This document shows, one piece after another, positions 20,214 through 29,636 of a stretch of 64,000 bases of DNA. Each line of letters begins with the position of its first letter. Position 1 is the first letter of the stretch. The position numbers and the translations under genes were made by a program. Below the pieces are notes generated by a model, which was not told the origin of the DNA, did no database searches, and worked only from the letters and a program-made list of their open reading frames with translations. The DNA is from Dehalococcoidia bacterium (GTDB lineage: Bacteria; Chloroflexota; Dehalococcoidia; UBA6926). Location of the stretch: NCBI GenBank assembly GCA_963666115.2, contig CAXXET010000004.1, forward strand, positions 288,001 through 352,000. The letters run 5' to 3'.

Positions 20214-21082
20214 GCTCCCGCGCTCGCGTTCAGCCGGACGGGGACGTTTTGGCTTCGCATGTAGTCCTTGACCTGGGCGATTGTGTATTCGCCGTAGTGG
20301 AAGATGCTTGCGGCGAGCGCGGCGTCCGCCCCGCCCTGGACGGCCTCACACATGTGCTCCACGCCGCCCGCGCCGCCGGAGGCGATGACGGGGATGGTGA
20401 CGGCGTCCGCGACTGCGCGAATGAGTTCGAGATCATAACCGGACTTGGTGCCGTCGGAGTCGATGCTGTTGAGGACGACCTCGCCGACGCCGAGTTCTGC
20501 CGCGTAGATGGTCCATTTGAGGGCATCGATGCCTGCGGCACGGCCGCCATCGGCGCCGGTGTGGGTGCGGACTTCCCAGCGGGTGGATTCGTCAAAGGCG
20601 ATGGGGGATGTGGAGGGGGGAGGATTCTTCGCTGCGCTCAGAATGACAGGGTCGGGATTGATGCGACGGGGGTGGGGGTTGATGCGGCGGGCGTCCATGC
20701 CGAGGACGATGCACTGGCTGCCGAACTGTGCGGCGGACTCACGGATGAGTTCCGGGTTCTGGACGGCGGCGGTGTTGATGCTGACCTTGTCCGCGCCGGC
20801 GTTGAGCATTGTCCGGACATCTTCGACTGAGCGGATGCCGCCGCCGACGGTGAGGGGGATATAGACTTCTTCGGCGACGCGTCGGACAACATCGAGCATG
20901 ATGGCACGCCCGTCCGAGGAGGCCGTGATGTCGTAGAAGACGAGTTCATCCGCGCCCTGCTCATCGTAGAAGCGGGCGAGTTCGACGGGGTCGCCGGCGT
21001 CGCGGTGGTCCCGGAAACGGACGCCTTTGACAACACGTCCGCCCTTGACGTCGAGGCATGGGATGATTCTGCGAGAGAGCAT
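20210..21082 (-). CDS. hisF: Imidazole glycerol phosphate synthase cyclase subunit with repeat-derived loop insertion
   Basis: [57 protein letters not shown]. Confidence 0.96.
   Translation of the reverse strand: MLSRRIIPCLDVKGGRVVKGVRFRDHRDAGDPVELARFYDEQGADELVFYDITASSDGRAIMLDVVRRVAEEVYIPLTVGGGIRSVEDVRTMLNAGADKVSINTAAVQNPELIRESAAQFGSQCIVLGMDARRINPHPRRINPDPVILSAAKNPPPSTSPIAFDESTRWEVRTHTGADGGRAAGIDALKWTIYAAELGVGEVVLNSIDSDGTKSGYDLELIRAVADAVTIPVIASGGAGGVEHMCEAVQGGADAALAASIFHYGEYTIAQVKDYMRSQNVPVRLNASAGA
20623..20647 (+). repeat. Family A palindrome in frame within hisF
   Basis: GATTCTTCGCTGCGCTCAGAATGAC reads VILSAAKNP on the minus strand. Confidence 0.9.
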
Positions 21083-21200
21083 GGTGGTTCCATTGTAGCG
21101 GGGTATTGTGGGGGATGGGGGCTGCTTGGATAGAAGCGGCAGTCTGTTGTGCGTTTGCTTGAGCGAGAGGCTAGCCTACGATTCGAGCTCCGCAGGGATG

Positions 21201-22082
21201 TCAGCGACCATAAATGGCCAGGTCTCGTTCGATCTCTTCGAGGATGTCGCTGACCGTAAAACTCGACCAGGTCCATTCGCTAGTCTGCAACGACTCCGAC
21301 CACCTGATCTCTTCGAGGGTCCACAACATATATGGTCCGGGAACGAGGGACCGACTGGCGATAGCTGCGTCCGTAACAGGATGCCAACCCGGTGAAATTG
21401 AGAATTCTGACTGGTTTAACTCCGAATCTGAACCTGCCAAGTAATTCAACCGTGACTCGATAGGGGTATTCCGAACGAAGGTGTTTACGTTCCCTGCTCC
21501 GGTCACGTTGTAACGATCCAACGCTGGAAGTTGTTCCAGGAACAGAATCGCCTCCCGATCAGCCCATCGCGAATCTCTTTCAGAAAGCATTTCCTCCGCC
21601 CGGCTTTGAGCCACAGCCTCAGTTGCGTGCCACCAATCGTCATAGACGGTAACGGTGATCTGCTGTCCACTCGTCCCCTTTAGAGTTTCAATTACATCGA
21701 ACGTCAACTCGAGTTTCGGATGGTATGTAAATTTCGGCCATAGTTCGCCGCTTCTGGATTTTTCGACGCTCGCCTTGGCCGAGCTGAATCTTGCGCGCAT
21801 TATGATCTCTGCGCTATATACTTGCCAGTCCAATGATGGGGGCGTATCACTAATATTCGTGTGAGTTAAATCATGAGGTCGGTAAAAGCTTGGAAGAGAT
21901 CCCCTAGCAGGTCCCAAATCGGAAGGCAAAGGTATTATCTCGGGAGAGTCTGGCGTTGGGGAGGGTGTAGGTGTATCGCTCTCAACTAAAGAGCATCCGG
22001 CTATCAGCACGGCTGCGACGATGGCCAGCACGGACAGCATGGACAAGAGCAATGCTGCCAGCAGGGGGGTTCGTGTCATCAT
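21201..22082 (-). CDS. Hypothetical lipoprotein, paralog C, between hisA and hisF
   Basis: LIAGCSLVESDTPTP, YHPKLELTF, ESRLNY shared with paralogs A/B; same GTATACT...AGAGGCGCC-ATG upstream; lower GC. Confidence 0.8.
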   Translation of the reverse strand: MMTRTPLLAALLLSMLSVLAIVAAVLIAGCSLVESDTPTPSPTPDSPEIIPLPSDLGPARGSLPSFYRPHDLTHTNISDTPPSLDWQVYSAEIIMRARFSSAKASVEKSRSGELWPKFTYHPKLELTFDVIETLKGTSGQQITVTVYDDWWHATEAVAQSRAEEMLSERDSRWADREAILFLEQLPALDRYNVTGAGNVNTFVRNTPIESRLNYLAGSDSELNQSEFSISPGWHPVTDAAIASRSLVPGPYMLWTLEEIRWSESLQTSEWTWSSFTVSDILEEIERDLAIYGR

Positions 22083-22133
22083 GGCGCCTCTGGTGTCAGT
22101 ATACGCGGGAGGATGACTGTCGGGGGTGGTCAT

Positions 22134-22155
22134 CCTTCGACAAGCTCAGGGTGAC
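22134..22155 (+). repeat. Family C palindromic element overlapping the hisA stop
   Basis: CCTTCGACAAGCTCAGGGTGAC; reverse complement gives TCA CCC TGA. Confidence 0.8.
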
Positions 22156-22871
22156 ATGGCTGCGCTGATTGCGTCCGGGAGGGTGATGTCTTCGGTGTAG
22201 AGGGCGCGGCCTATTATTACTGCTTCTACGTCTGTGGCGGCGAGGGCGCGGATGTCATCGAGGGTGGTGACGCCGCCGGAGGCGATGACCGGGATGGGGG
22301 CGACGGCCTCCGCGAAACCCTGCATCGCTTCGACGTTGACACCCTGCATGGCGCCGTCGCGCGAGATGTCCGTGTGGATGAAGCGGCGAGCGCCATCATT
22401 GGCGAGACGTTGAGCCAACTCAATGGTGTCGACGCCTGAGTCCTCTGTCCATCCGCGGACGGCGACGCGGCCATCGCGGGCATCGAGGCCGACGGCTATG
22501 CGGTCGCCGTACTTGTCACAGGCTTGGCGGACGAGTTCGGGATCGGTGACGGCGACGGTGCCGAGGATTACGCGGTCAATGCCGGCGTCGATGAGGGCAT
22601 CGATATCTTTCATGGAGCGGACGCCGCCGCCGAGTTGGACGGGGACGGTGACGGCATTGGCGATGGAGGCGGCGAGCCGGGCCTGCCCCGTGCTGCCCTC
22701 TCGCGCGCCATCGAGGTCAACGAGGTGAATGCGCCCGCCGCCCTGCTCTTCCCATCTGCGGGCGACGGCTGCGGGATCATCATCGAAGACGGTCTCGCGG
22801 TCATAGTCGCCCTGGACGAGGCGGACGGCTTTGCCGTTGCGGAGGTCTATCGCAGGAATTATTTCCATCAT
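22146..22871 (-). CDS. hisA: ProFAR isomerase
   Basis: IIPAIDLRNGKAVRLVQG, HLVDLDGA, VQLGGGVR, TDISRDG, IASGGV. Confidence 0.96.
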   Translation of the reverse strand: MMEIIPAIDLRNGKAVRLVQGDYDRETVFDDDPAAVARRWEEQGGGRIHLVDLDGAREGSTGQARLAASIANAVTVPVQLGGGVRSMKDIDALIDAGIDRVILGTVAVTDPELVRQACDKYGDRIAVGLDARDGRVAVRGWTEDSGVDTIELAQRLANDGARRFIHTDISRDGAMQGVNVEAMQGFAEAVAPIPVIASGGVTTLDDIRALAATDVEAVIIGRALYTEDITLPDAISAAMSP

Positions 22872-22899
22872 CAATTCCAGACTGTCTATACCCTCGCCG

Positions 22900-23529
22900 T
22901 TAGATCGCCCAATTGAAGAAGTCGCGGTAGAGAGCGAGGCCGGGCCTGCCGCTCTTCTCCGGGTGGAATTGCGTGGCGATGAGCTTGTCGCGCGCGACAA
23001 CGCTGGCGAAGGGGCCGCCATAGTCGGTCACGCCGAGGGCCATGTTCCCGGCGGCGGGGCGGACGTAGTAGCTGTGGACGAAATAGAACTGGTAGTTGGG
23101 GGGGATGTTGGCGGCGGCGGGGTGGTCACGAGTGAAGGCGACATCGTTCCAGCCCATGTGGGGGACGGTCAGGCTCCGGTCGAAACGGAGAACTTCACCG
23201 GGGATGAGGCCGAGGCATTGGGGGGCGTCGCCCTCTTCCGAGCGTTCGAAGAGAAGTTGGAGACCAAGGCAGACGCCGAAGAAAGGAGTTTCGCGGGCGA
23301 TGATGTCCTGGAGGGCGGCGTCCATGCCGGCGGCGCGGAGTCGTTGCATGGCGGGGCCTGCGATGCCCTGCCCCGGAAAGACGATGCCGTCCGCGCCGCG
23401 GAGATCGGCGGGCTTGTCTGTGACGCTGGGGCGAAAGCCGACGGTTTCGAGGGCTTTGGCAACGGAGCGGAGGTTGCCCGCGCCATAGTCGACGACCGCG
23501 ATGAGGGGGGCTGCGGCGTTACTGCTCAC
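22900..23529 (-). CDS. hisH: Imidazole glycerol phosphate synthase glutaminase subunit
   Basis: DYGAGNL, GVCLGLQ, VPHMGWN, YFVHSY, QFHPEKSG. Confidence 0.96.
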   Translation of the reverse strand: MSSNAAAPLIAVVDYGAGNLRSVAKALETVGFRPSVTDKPADLRGADGIVFPGQGIAGPAMQRLRAAGMDAALQDIIARETPFFGVCLGLQLLFERSEEGDAPQCLGLIPGEVLRFDRSLTVPHMGWNDVAFTRDHPAAANIPPNYQFYFVHSYYVRPAAGNMALGVTDYGGPFASVVARDKLIATQFHPEKSGRPGLALYRDFFNWAI

Positions 23530-24082
23530 CGGTCAGAAGCTCCATGGGCAAGGCGCGGTCCTGGTAGCGGGCAAGGATGAAGAGGAGATCGGCGGCGCGG
23601 TTGAGGTACGGGATGACGAGGGAGTCCTGGCGGAGATAGCCGTCCTGCATGAGGCCGACTGCGCGCCGTTCGGCGCTGCGGAGCGTGGAGCGGGCGAGAT
23701 CGAGGGCGGCAGAAGCAGGAGTCGCGCCGGGGATGATGAATGCGCGCGGCAACTCAAACGATTCCTGCAAGCTGTCTATGAGGACTTCGAGGGCATCGAC
23801 GTCCTCCTGGGTGACAGGCGAGAAGTGCTTGAGGAAGGTTTGAAAGTAGTTAACGTCGGTGGCGAGTTCGGCGCCGACGGTGAACAGTTCTCGCTGGAGG
23901 GCGATGGCGATTTCGCGGACGCGCTCGTCCTCGGAATGGCTGCGTCCCAGTCCGATGGCTGAGACGGCCTCATCGACGGTTCCGTAGGCTTCGGCGCGCG
24001 GGTCGTTCTTGGGGACGCGGCCGCCGTAGAGGAGGCCGGTCTCTCCCTTGTCGCCGTAGCGGGTGTAGACGTTGGGTGCCAT
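23519..24082 (-). CDS. ATP:cob(I)alamin adenosyltransferase (PduO type)
   Basis: VYTRYGDKGET, EAYGTVDE, FIIPG, RSAERR, YLNRAADLLF. Confidence 0.9.
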   Translation of the reverse strand: MAPNVYTRYGDKGETGLLYGGRVPKNDPRAEAYGTVDEAVSAIGLGRSHSEDERVREIAIALQRELFTVGAELATDVNYFQTFLKHFSPVTQEDVDALEVLIDSLQESFELPRAFIIPGATPASAALDLARSTLRSAERRAVGLMQDGYLRQDSLVIPYLNRAADLLFILARYQDRALPMELLTGEQ

Positions 24083-24121
24083 GTTCGTAGTGTAGCGCAG
24101 GCGGGGGGAGGATGTAGAAAG

Positions 24122-24149
24122 TTGACAATGGTGTTGTTAGGGGTATGAT
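24122..24149 (+). promoter_or_regulatory. Sigma70-type promoter for dnaJ-hspR-clp
   Basis: TTGACA-N16-TATGAT. Confidence 0.6.
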
Positions 24150-24162
24150 GAATGCGTTGGTA

Positions 24163-24207
24163 GATTCTTCGCTACGCTCAGAATGACATATGGGCGCTCA
24201 GAATGAC
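24163..24207 (+). repeat. Family A palindrome plus partial tandem copy in the dnaJ leader
   Basis: GATTCTTCGCTACGCTCAGAATGAC followed by GCGCTCAGAATGAC. Confidence 0.85.
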
Positions 24208-24264
24208 AGTCGGGCCATGAATGACAGGGGCACGGCGAGGGCAGCGGTGGTGAGGGCCGGTGAA

Positions 24265-25203
24265 ATGGCAGGGACGGATTATTACGGGACGCTTGGGGTT
24301 TCGCGGGCGGCTTCTGAGAAGGAGATCAAGTCGGCGTTTCGTCGGCTTGCGCGGCAGTATCATCCTGACGTGAATCCGGGTAACGAGGACGCGGAACAGC
24401 GCTTCAAGGAGATCAATGAGGCGCACGAGGTCCTGGGCGACGCGGACAACCGCAAGAAGTACGACACGTACGGCGAGAACTGGATGCACGCGGGTCGCAT
24501 CGAGGAGATGCAGCAGCAGGGCGGATTCGGCACTGGGCCCGGGATGGGCGGCGCGTTCCGCTTTGGCGGCGCACAGGGCTTCAGCGGCCTGGGCGATATC
24601 CTCGGGCAGTTCTTTGGCGGGGGCGGAGGCGGAAGCGAGTCGGCATTCCGGCAGCGGCCCCAGCCTCAGCGTCCGCGCGATGTTCCCGTCGAAGTAACGC
24701 TGCACGAGGCTTTTCACGGAACGCGGCGCTCGATACGCGTGCAGGATGGCGAGGGCGGAACACGCACCATCGAGGCGCAGGTTCCGGCGGGCGTCGATAG
24801 CGGCTCCCGCGTGAGAATGAGCGGCGCAGGCCCCCGGACGCCTGCGGGCGGCAATTCCGACCTTTATCTGAAAGTAACGGTCAAGCCGGATTCGCAGTTC
24901 AGCCGCAAGGGGGCCGACCTCACGACCGAGGTCAAGGTTCCCATGCTTGACGCGCTGCTGGGCGGCGAGGTCATTGTGCCCATGATCGGCGGTTCCGGTG
25001 TGGCGCTTCGCATCCCGCCGGAGACGGACAACGGCCAGACGTTTCGCATCACGGGCAAGGGGATGCCGAAGATGCGCGGTACCGGCGCGGGCGATCTCCT
25101 TGTAAAGGTGAGCGTGACGCTGCCCAAGGGCCTGCAGGAATCCGAGCGCGAACTCTTGACACAACTGCGCGGGATGCGCGAGACGGCAGGAGGTAAGGAA
25201 TGA
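24265..25203 (+). CDS. dnaJ: DnaJ-class co-chaperone lacking the zinc finger (CbpA-like)
   Basis: J-domain DYY..LGV, YHPDVN, FKEINEA; G/F region; no CxxCxGxG repeats. Confidence 0.9.
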   Translation: MAGTDYYGTLGVSRAASEKEIKSAFRRLARQYHPDVNPGNEDAEQRFKEINEAHEVLGDADNRKKYDTYGENWMHAGRIEEMQQQGGFGTGPGMGGAFRFGGAQGFSGLGDILGQFFGGGGGGSESAFRQRPQPQRPRDVPVEVTLHEAFHGTRRSIRVQDGEGGTRTIEAQVPAGVDSGSRVRMSGAGPRTPAGGNSDLYLKVTVKPDSQFSRKGADLTTEVKVPMLDALLGGEVIVPMIGGSGVALRIPPETDNGQTFRITGKGMPKMRGTGAGDLLVKVSVTLPKGLQESERELLTQLRGMRETAGGKE

Positions 25204-25535
25204 GCTTCCGCAATCCGAGTGATCCGGTGTATTCGATTCGAGTCGCGGCGCGGCTTGTCGGCCTGCACGTGCAGACGCTGCGCTATTACGAGCGCAACGG
25301 GATGGTGCAGCCGCAGCGGTCTCGCGGCAACGTGCGCTACTACAGCGATGCGGATCTGGAGCGCATTCAGAAGATCAAATCGCTCATCGATGAGCTCGGC
25401 GTGAACCTGGCCGGCGCGGAAGTGATTATGCGGATGAGCGGTCGGATGGCCGAGATGGAGCAGCGCATCAAGGACCTCGAGGGCGCGTTGGAACGGCTGA
25501 CGGGAGTGAGGGAAAACAGTCATGATGAGTCCTGA
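25200..25535 (+). CDS. hspR: MerR-family heat-shock repressor (HspR-like)
   Basis: YSIRVAARLVGLHVQTLRYYER, LGVNLAG; position between dnaJ and clp. Confidence 0.85.
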   Translation: MSFRNPSDPVYSIRVAARLVGLHVQTLRYYERNGMVQPQRSRGNVRYYSDADLERIQKIKSLIDELGVNLAGAEVIMRMSGRMAEMEQRIKDLEGALERLTGVRENSHDES

Positions 25536-28032
25536 TCGATTCACGGACGGCGCGCAAGAGGCGCTCGCCGTGGCGCAGCAGACGGTGATGGACATGAGCC
25601 ACAGCCAGATGGACGTGGAGCATATCGTCTACGCGATCTTCCAACAGCCGGACAGCCAGGCCGTGAGCGTTCTCGAACGGCTGGGCATCGACATTGACGC
25701 GATGACAGACCGGTTCGAGGGCGTGCTGAACAGCGCGCCAAAGGTGGCGGGCGGGGCGACGCAGATGTACCTGACGCCGCGCTTGCAGGGGTTGCTGACG
25801 GGCGCAACGATGGCGTCCAAGAAACTCAATTCAGAGCAGATCGGGACTGAGCACCTGCTGCTGGGCGCGGTGGGCGTGAACAACGGGGATTCGAACACAA
25901 TCTTCAAGGAGTTCAACCTGACTCAGCCGCGCCTCGAAACGGCGCTGAAAGAGGCGCAGGGCGGCGCGGGCGCGGACGGCGGCGCCGAGGGAGGGCGCGG
26001 TCGTTCGGAACAGTCGCGCCGCGCCCTGGACCGCTACACCATCGACCTGACGGCGTTGGCCGAGGAAAGCAAGCTTGACCCGGTGATCGGGCGGCAGGCG
26101 GAGATCCGGCGGGTGATGCAGATACTGACGCGGCGCACGAAGAACAATCCCGTCGTGATCGGCGAGGCAGGCGTCGGCAAGACCGCCATCGCAGAGGGGC
26201 TGGCGCAGAGGATCATTGCCGGAGACGTGCCGGAATCGTTGAGCCATGCACGCGTTCATGCGCTCGATATGGGGTCGCTCGTCGCGGGGGCGAAGTTCCG
26301 CGGGGAGTTCGAGGAGCGGCTGAAGAACGTGCTGAACGACGTGCGGAGCGCGCACGGGGACATCGTGCTGTTCATCGACGAACTGCATACGGTCGTTGGG
26401 ACAGGGGCGGCGGAGGGCGCGATGGACGCGTCCAACATGCTCAAGCCGGCACTGTCGCGGGGCGAACTACAGGCCGTCGGCGCGACGACACTCGACGAGT
26501 ATCGCAAGCACATCGAAAAGGACACGGCACTGGAGCGGCGCTTCCAGCCGGTGTATATCGAGGAGCCGTCGCTGGAGGACGCGCTTGCGATCTTGCAGGG
26601 CATCGCGCCGCGCTATGAGGCACACCACCGGGTGACGATCACGCCAGAGGCGTTGGAGGCGGCGGCGCGGCTGAGCGCGCGGTACATCACGGATCGACAA
26701 CTGCCGGACAAGGCCATCGACCTGATCGACGAGGCGGGGTCGCGCCTACGGATCGACGCGGAGTCGTTCACCCCTGAGTTGAAGCAGATGGATCAGCGGA
26801 TGCGCCAGCTTGAGATCGAGGATGAGGCGGCGTCGAACCGGGAGGATTTCGAGGAGGCGGCGCGGATCAAGCAGGCGCGGGCGCAGCTGCAGAACGACTA
26901 TGAGACGGCGCTTTCGACGTGGAAGCAGGAGAAGAGCATCCGCAACACGGTGGAGGCGGAGGACATCGCGACGTTGATCTCAGAGTGGACCGGGGTGCCG
27001 GTGAGCCGGATGATGGAGGAGGAAACGCAGCGGTTGACGCGGATGGAGTCCGAGCTTCACAGGCGCGTGATCGGGCAGGAGCAGGCGGTCACGGCGCTTT
27101 CGGACGCGGTCCGGCGGGCGCGGGCGGGGCTGAAGGACCCGGAGCGCCCCATCGGCAGCTTCATCTTCCTAGGGCCGACGGGCGTGGGCAAGACGGAGAT
27201 GGCGCGCGCGCTGGCGGAGTTCCTGTTCGGCGACGAAGAGGCGCTGGTTCGGCTGGATATGTCCGAGTACGGCGAGCGGCATGAGGTATCGCGGCTGATC
27301 GGCGCGCCGCCCGGGTACATCGGGTACGACGACGGGGGGCAGTTGACGGAACTGGTGCGGCGAAGGCCCTACCGCGTCATCCTGTTCGACGAGATCGAGA
27401 AGGCGCACCCGGACGTGTTCAACATGTTCCTGCAAATCCTGGAGGACGGGCGGCTGACAGACGGGCACGGGCGGACGGTGGACTTCCGCAACACGGTCAT
27501 CATCATGACGTCCAACCTGGGGACGGAGATATTGCAGCGGGAGAGGATCGGGCTGCTGAGGCCGTCGGACGGAGCGCAGGCGTTTCAGGACTTGCAGAAG
27601 TCCGTCGACCAGGCGTTGAAAAAGGCGTTCAGGCCGGAGTTCATCAACCGTATCGACGAGATCATCGTGTTCGAGCCGCTGAGCCAGGAGCAGATTCTGC
27701 AGATCGTGGACATGATGGTGGCGGAGGTTCAGAAGCGGCTGGAGGAGCGGAGCCTGCGGATCACGCTGACGGACGCGGCGCGGGAGTGGCTGGCGAAGGT
27801 GGGGTTCGATCCGTCGTTCGGGGCGCGACCGCTGAGGCGGGCCATCCAGCGCCACGTTGAAAACACGCTGGCGCGGGAGATACTGGAGGGGCGCATTGCG
27901 GACGGGGATGACATCATCATCGACCGCGGGGACGGGGAGGGGGAGAACGTGGATGAGTTGACGTTTGCGAAGGCGGGGGCGGACGCTGCTCCCATGCCGG
28001 TGGCGGTGGAGCGGGAGGCTGCGGGGGTGTGA
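25522..28032 (+). CDS. clpC: Hsp100/Clp AAA+ ATPase (ClpC-like short middle domain)
   Basis: Clp N domain, GEAGVGKT and GPTGVGKT Walker A motifs, UVR-like middle domain ([10 protein letters not shown]), RIGL loop. Confidence 0.85.
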   Translation: MMSPDRFTDGAQEALAVAQQTVMDMSHSQMDVEHIVYAIFQQPDSQAVSVLERLGIDIDAMTDRFEGVLNSAPKVAGGATQMYLTPRLQGLLTGATMASKKLNSEQIGTEHLLLGAVGVNNGDSNTIFKEFNLTQPRLETALKEAQGGAGADGGAEGGRGRSEQSRRALDRYTIDLTALAEESKLDPVIGRQAEIRRVMQILTRRTKNNPVVIGEAGVGKTAIAEGLAQRIIAGDVPESLSHARVHALDMGSLVAGAKFRGEFEERLKNVLNDVRSAHGDIVLFIDELHTVVGTGAAEGAMDASNMLKPALSRGELQAVGATTLDEYRKHIEKDTALERRFQPVYIEEPSLEDALAILQGIAPRYEAHHRVTITPEALEAAARLSARYITDRQLPDKAIDLIDEAGSRLRIDAESFTPELKQMDQRMRQLEIEDEAASNREDFEEAARIKQARAQLQNDYETALSTWKQEKSIRNTVEAEDIATLISEWTGVPVSRMMEEETQRLTRMESELHRRVIGQEQAVTALSDAVRRARAGLKDPERPIGSFIFLGPTGVGKTEMARALAEFLFGDEEALVRLDMSEYGERHEVSRLIGAPPGYIGYDDGGQLTELVRRRPYRVILFDEIEKAHPDVFNMFLQILEDGRLTDGHGRTVDFRNTVIIMTSNLGTEILQRERIGLLRPSDGAQAFQDLQKSVDQALKKAFRPEFINRIDEIIVFEPLSQEQILQIVDMMVAEVQKRLEERSLRITLTDAAREWLAKVGFDPSFGARPLRRAIQRHVENTLAREILEGRIADGDDIIIDRGDGEGENVDELTFAKAGADAAPMPVAVEREAAGV

Positions 28033-28073
28033 GAGGCGAATGAGTCGGGGGCGCAATAGGGGGCGGCACGATC

Positions 28074-29549
28074 ATGAACACTCTAACCAGTGAATCCAGC
28101 GAGTCGTTACGAAAGTCTGCCGTGTGCCGCGCTGCAAAAGTCCTGGCGTGTGTCTTGGGTAGCGTCACCCTGTTGATTGTTGCGCTCCTACTAGTCTGGA
28201 TTGGTTGGATTCTCATGGACATCGCGCTAGGTAATGACTCTTGGGGGCATGATGAAACTGAATGGTCCGTTCCGCTGAGATACAATCTAGAGTGGTCGCC
28301 ATCCGGCGAGTACATCGTATTTGCCGACAACTGGAACACTCTAAGTGTTTCAGCCGACGGAACCGCTTTGCACTTCCTTCAAGGTGAGGGCAGGCGCGAT
28401 GATTTTTCCATATCTATATCTCCCGACGGATCACGTGTCGCTTACTCTACTACCAGATATCCCAGAGACGTAGACCTCGCTCTGGGCATCAATTCCGAAA
28501 TTGAAACGTCAAGACTGGATGGCTCCGATACTCGGAGGCTTACAAAGACTGAGATGGATGACATATATCCCGTATGGTCGCCAGACGGCGGGCGTTTTGT
28601 GGTGATGCGTTCCGGAGACAACGATGAGGGAGTCAGTGGGCTGTACACTATGTCTGCGGATGGCTCTGACCTACAGTTGCTCCTCCCGCTCCCATACCAT
28701 GTTGCCCCCTCGGATGAACCAGAAAATGGTTCACGCATGCCCAAACTCGCACGGCGCCCGCTTGGCGATCTTCCACAGCGCGACCATGGAGGCCCCCTTT
28801 GGTCGCCAAGCGGTGATATGCTCGCTTTCTCTGGCACACTGCTTAGCTGGCAGCCCAAAGCCCATAGCATCTATGTGATCAATTCTGATGGTACAGGACT
28901 CTCTATCGTGTTCTCAGCATCCGGAGTTACAGAGAGGGACTATTCCGACAGTAGCTCACTGCTCTACGTAGCTGACCCCATCATCGGAACACCGGCCTGG
29001 TCTCCTGACGGACGGATGATCACTTTCATGCGCTACATCGAGGACGACTACCGGGGTCTGACGTCTATGGGAGAATACTACGCGATCAAGGGTGAACCCG
29101 GGCTGGCTCTCTATGCAGTAAGCGTAGACGGCACAGGCTTTCGGGAGGTCGTGAAGTTCGGCCCGCGTTTCGCATGTGATGGCGCGGTAACCTGGTCACC
29201 AGACGGGGCCGCAATCCTCACATCCTATTTTCAGCCACAAGACGCAAGATTCAGGGTCTGCGGCAACCGTAATCCTGACTCAGATCAGGGATATGTCTAT
29301 GTCGTTGACGCGAACAGTGGCAATGCGCAACGGATTGGCGAGGGCGCGCATGCGGTCTGGTCTCCTGATGGATCAAGGGTCGCCGTCTTCAATCCGTTCT
29401 CCGATGGCGTTCTCTACACCGCCAACCCGGACGGGTCCGGCGTGCATGTGCTGGTGAGGCGAAAGGACGACGGCGAGCTTGTGGCAGCCAATCGTAGGTG
29501 CGTGCTGTTCTTCTGCTGGAGTGTTGATCCGTCGGGGGATGGGGGCTGA
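28074..29549 (+). CDS. Membrane-anchored TolB-like (PD40) beta-propeller protein, paralog 1
   Basis: N-terminal TM; repeated WSPDG motifs; lower GC. Confidence 0.8.
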   Translation: MNTLTSESSESLRKSAVCRAAKVLACVLGSVTLLIVALLLVWIGWILMDIALGNDSWGHDETEWSVPLRYNLEWSPSGEYIVFADNWNTLSVSADGTALHFLQGEGRRDDFSISISPDGSRVAYSTTRYPRDVDLALGINSEIETSRLDGSDTRRLTKTEMDDIYPVWSPDGGRFVVMRSGDNDEGVSGLYTMSADGSDLQLLLPLPYHVAPSDEPENGSRMPKLARRPLGDLPQRDHGGPLWSPSGDMLAFSGTLLSWQPKAHSIYVINSDGTGLSIVFSASGVTERDYSDSSSLLYVADPIIGTPAWSPDGRMITFMRYIEDDYRGLTSMGEYYAIKGEPGLALYAVSVDGTGFREVVKFGPRFACDGAVTWSPDGAAILTSYFQPQDARFRVCGNRNPDSDQGYVYVVDANSGNAQRIGEGAHAVWSPDGSRVAVFNPFSDGVLYTANPDGSGVHVLVRRKDDGELVAANRRCVLFFCWSVDPSGDGG

Positions 29550-29636
29550 GAGGAATGATCGCAACGCAGGCGTCGGCTACGAGCGGCGCACCCTTGTATA
29601 GTGTGAGGGCAAACAACACGGAGGGATGGTTACGCG

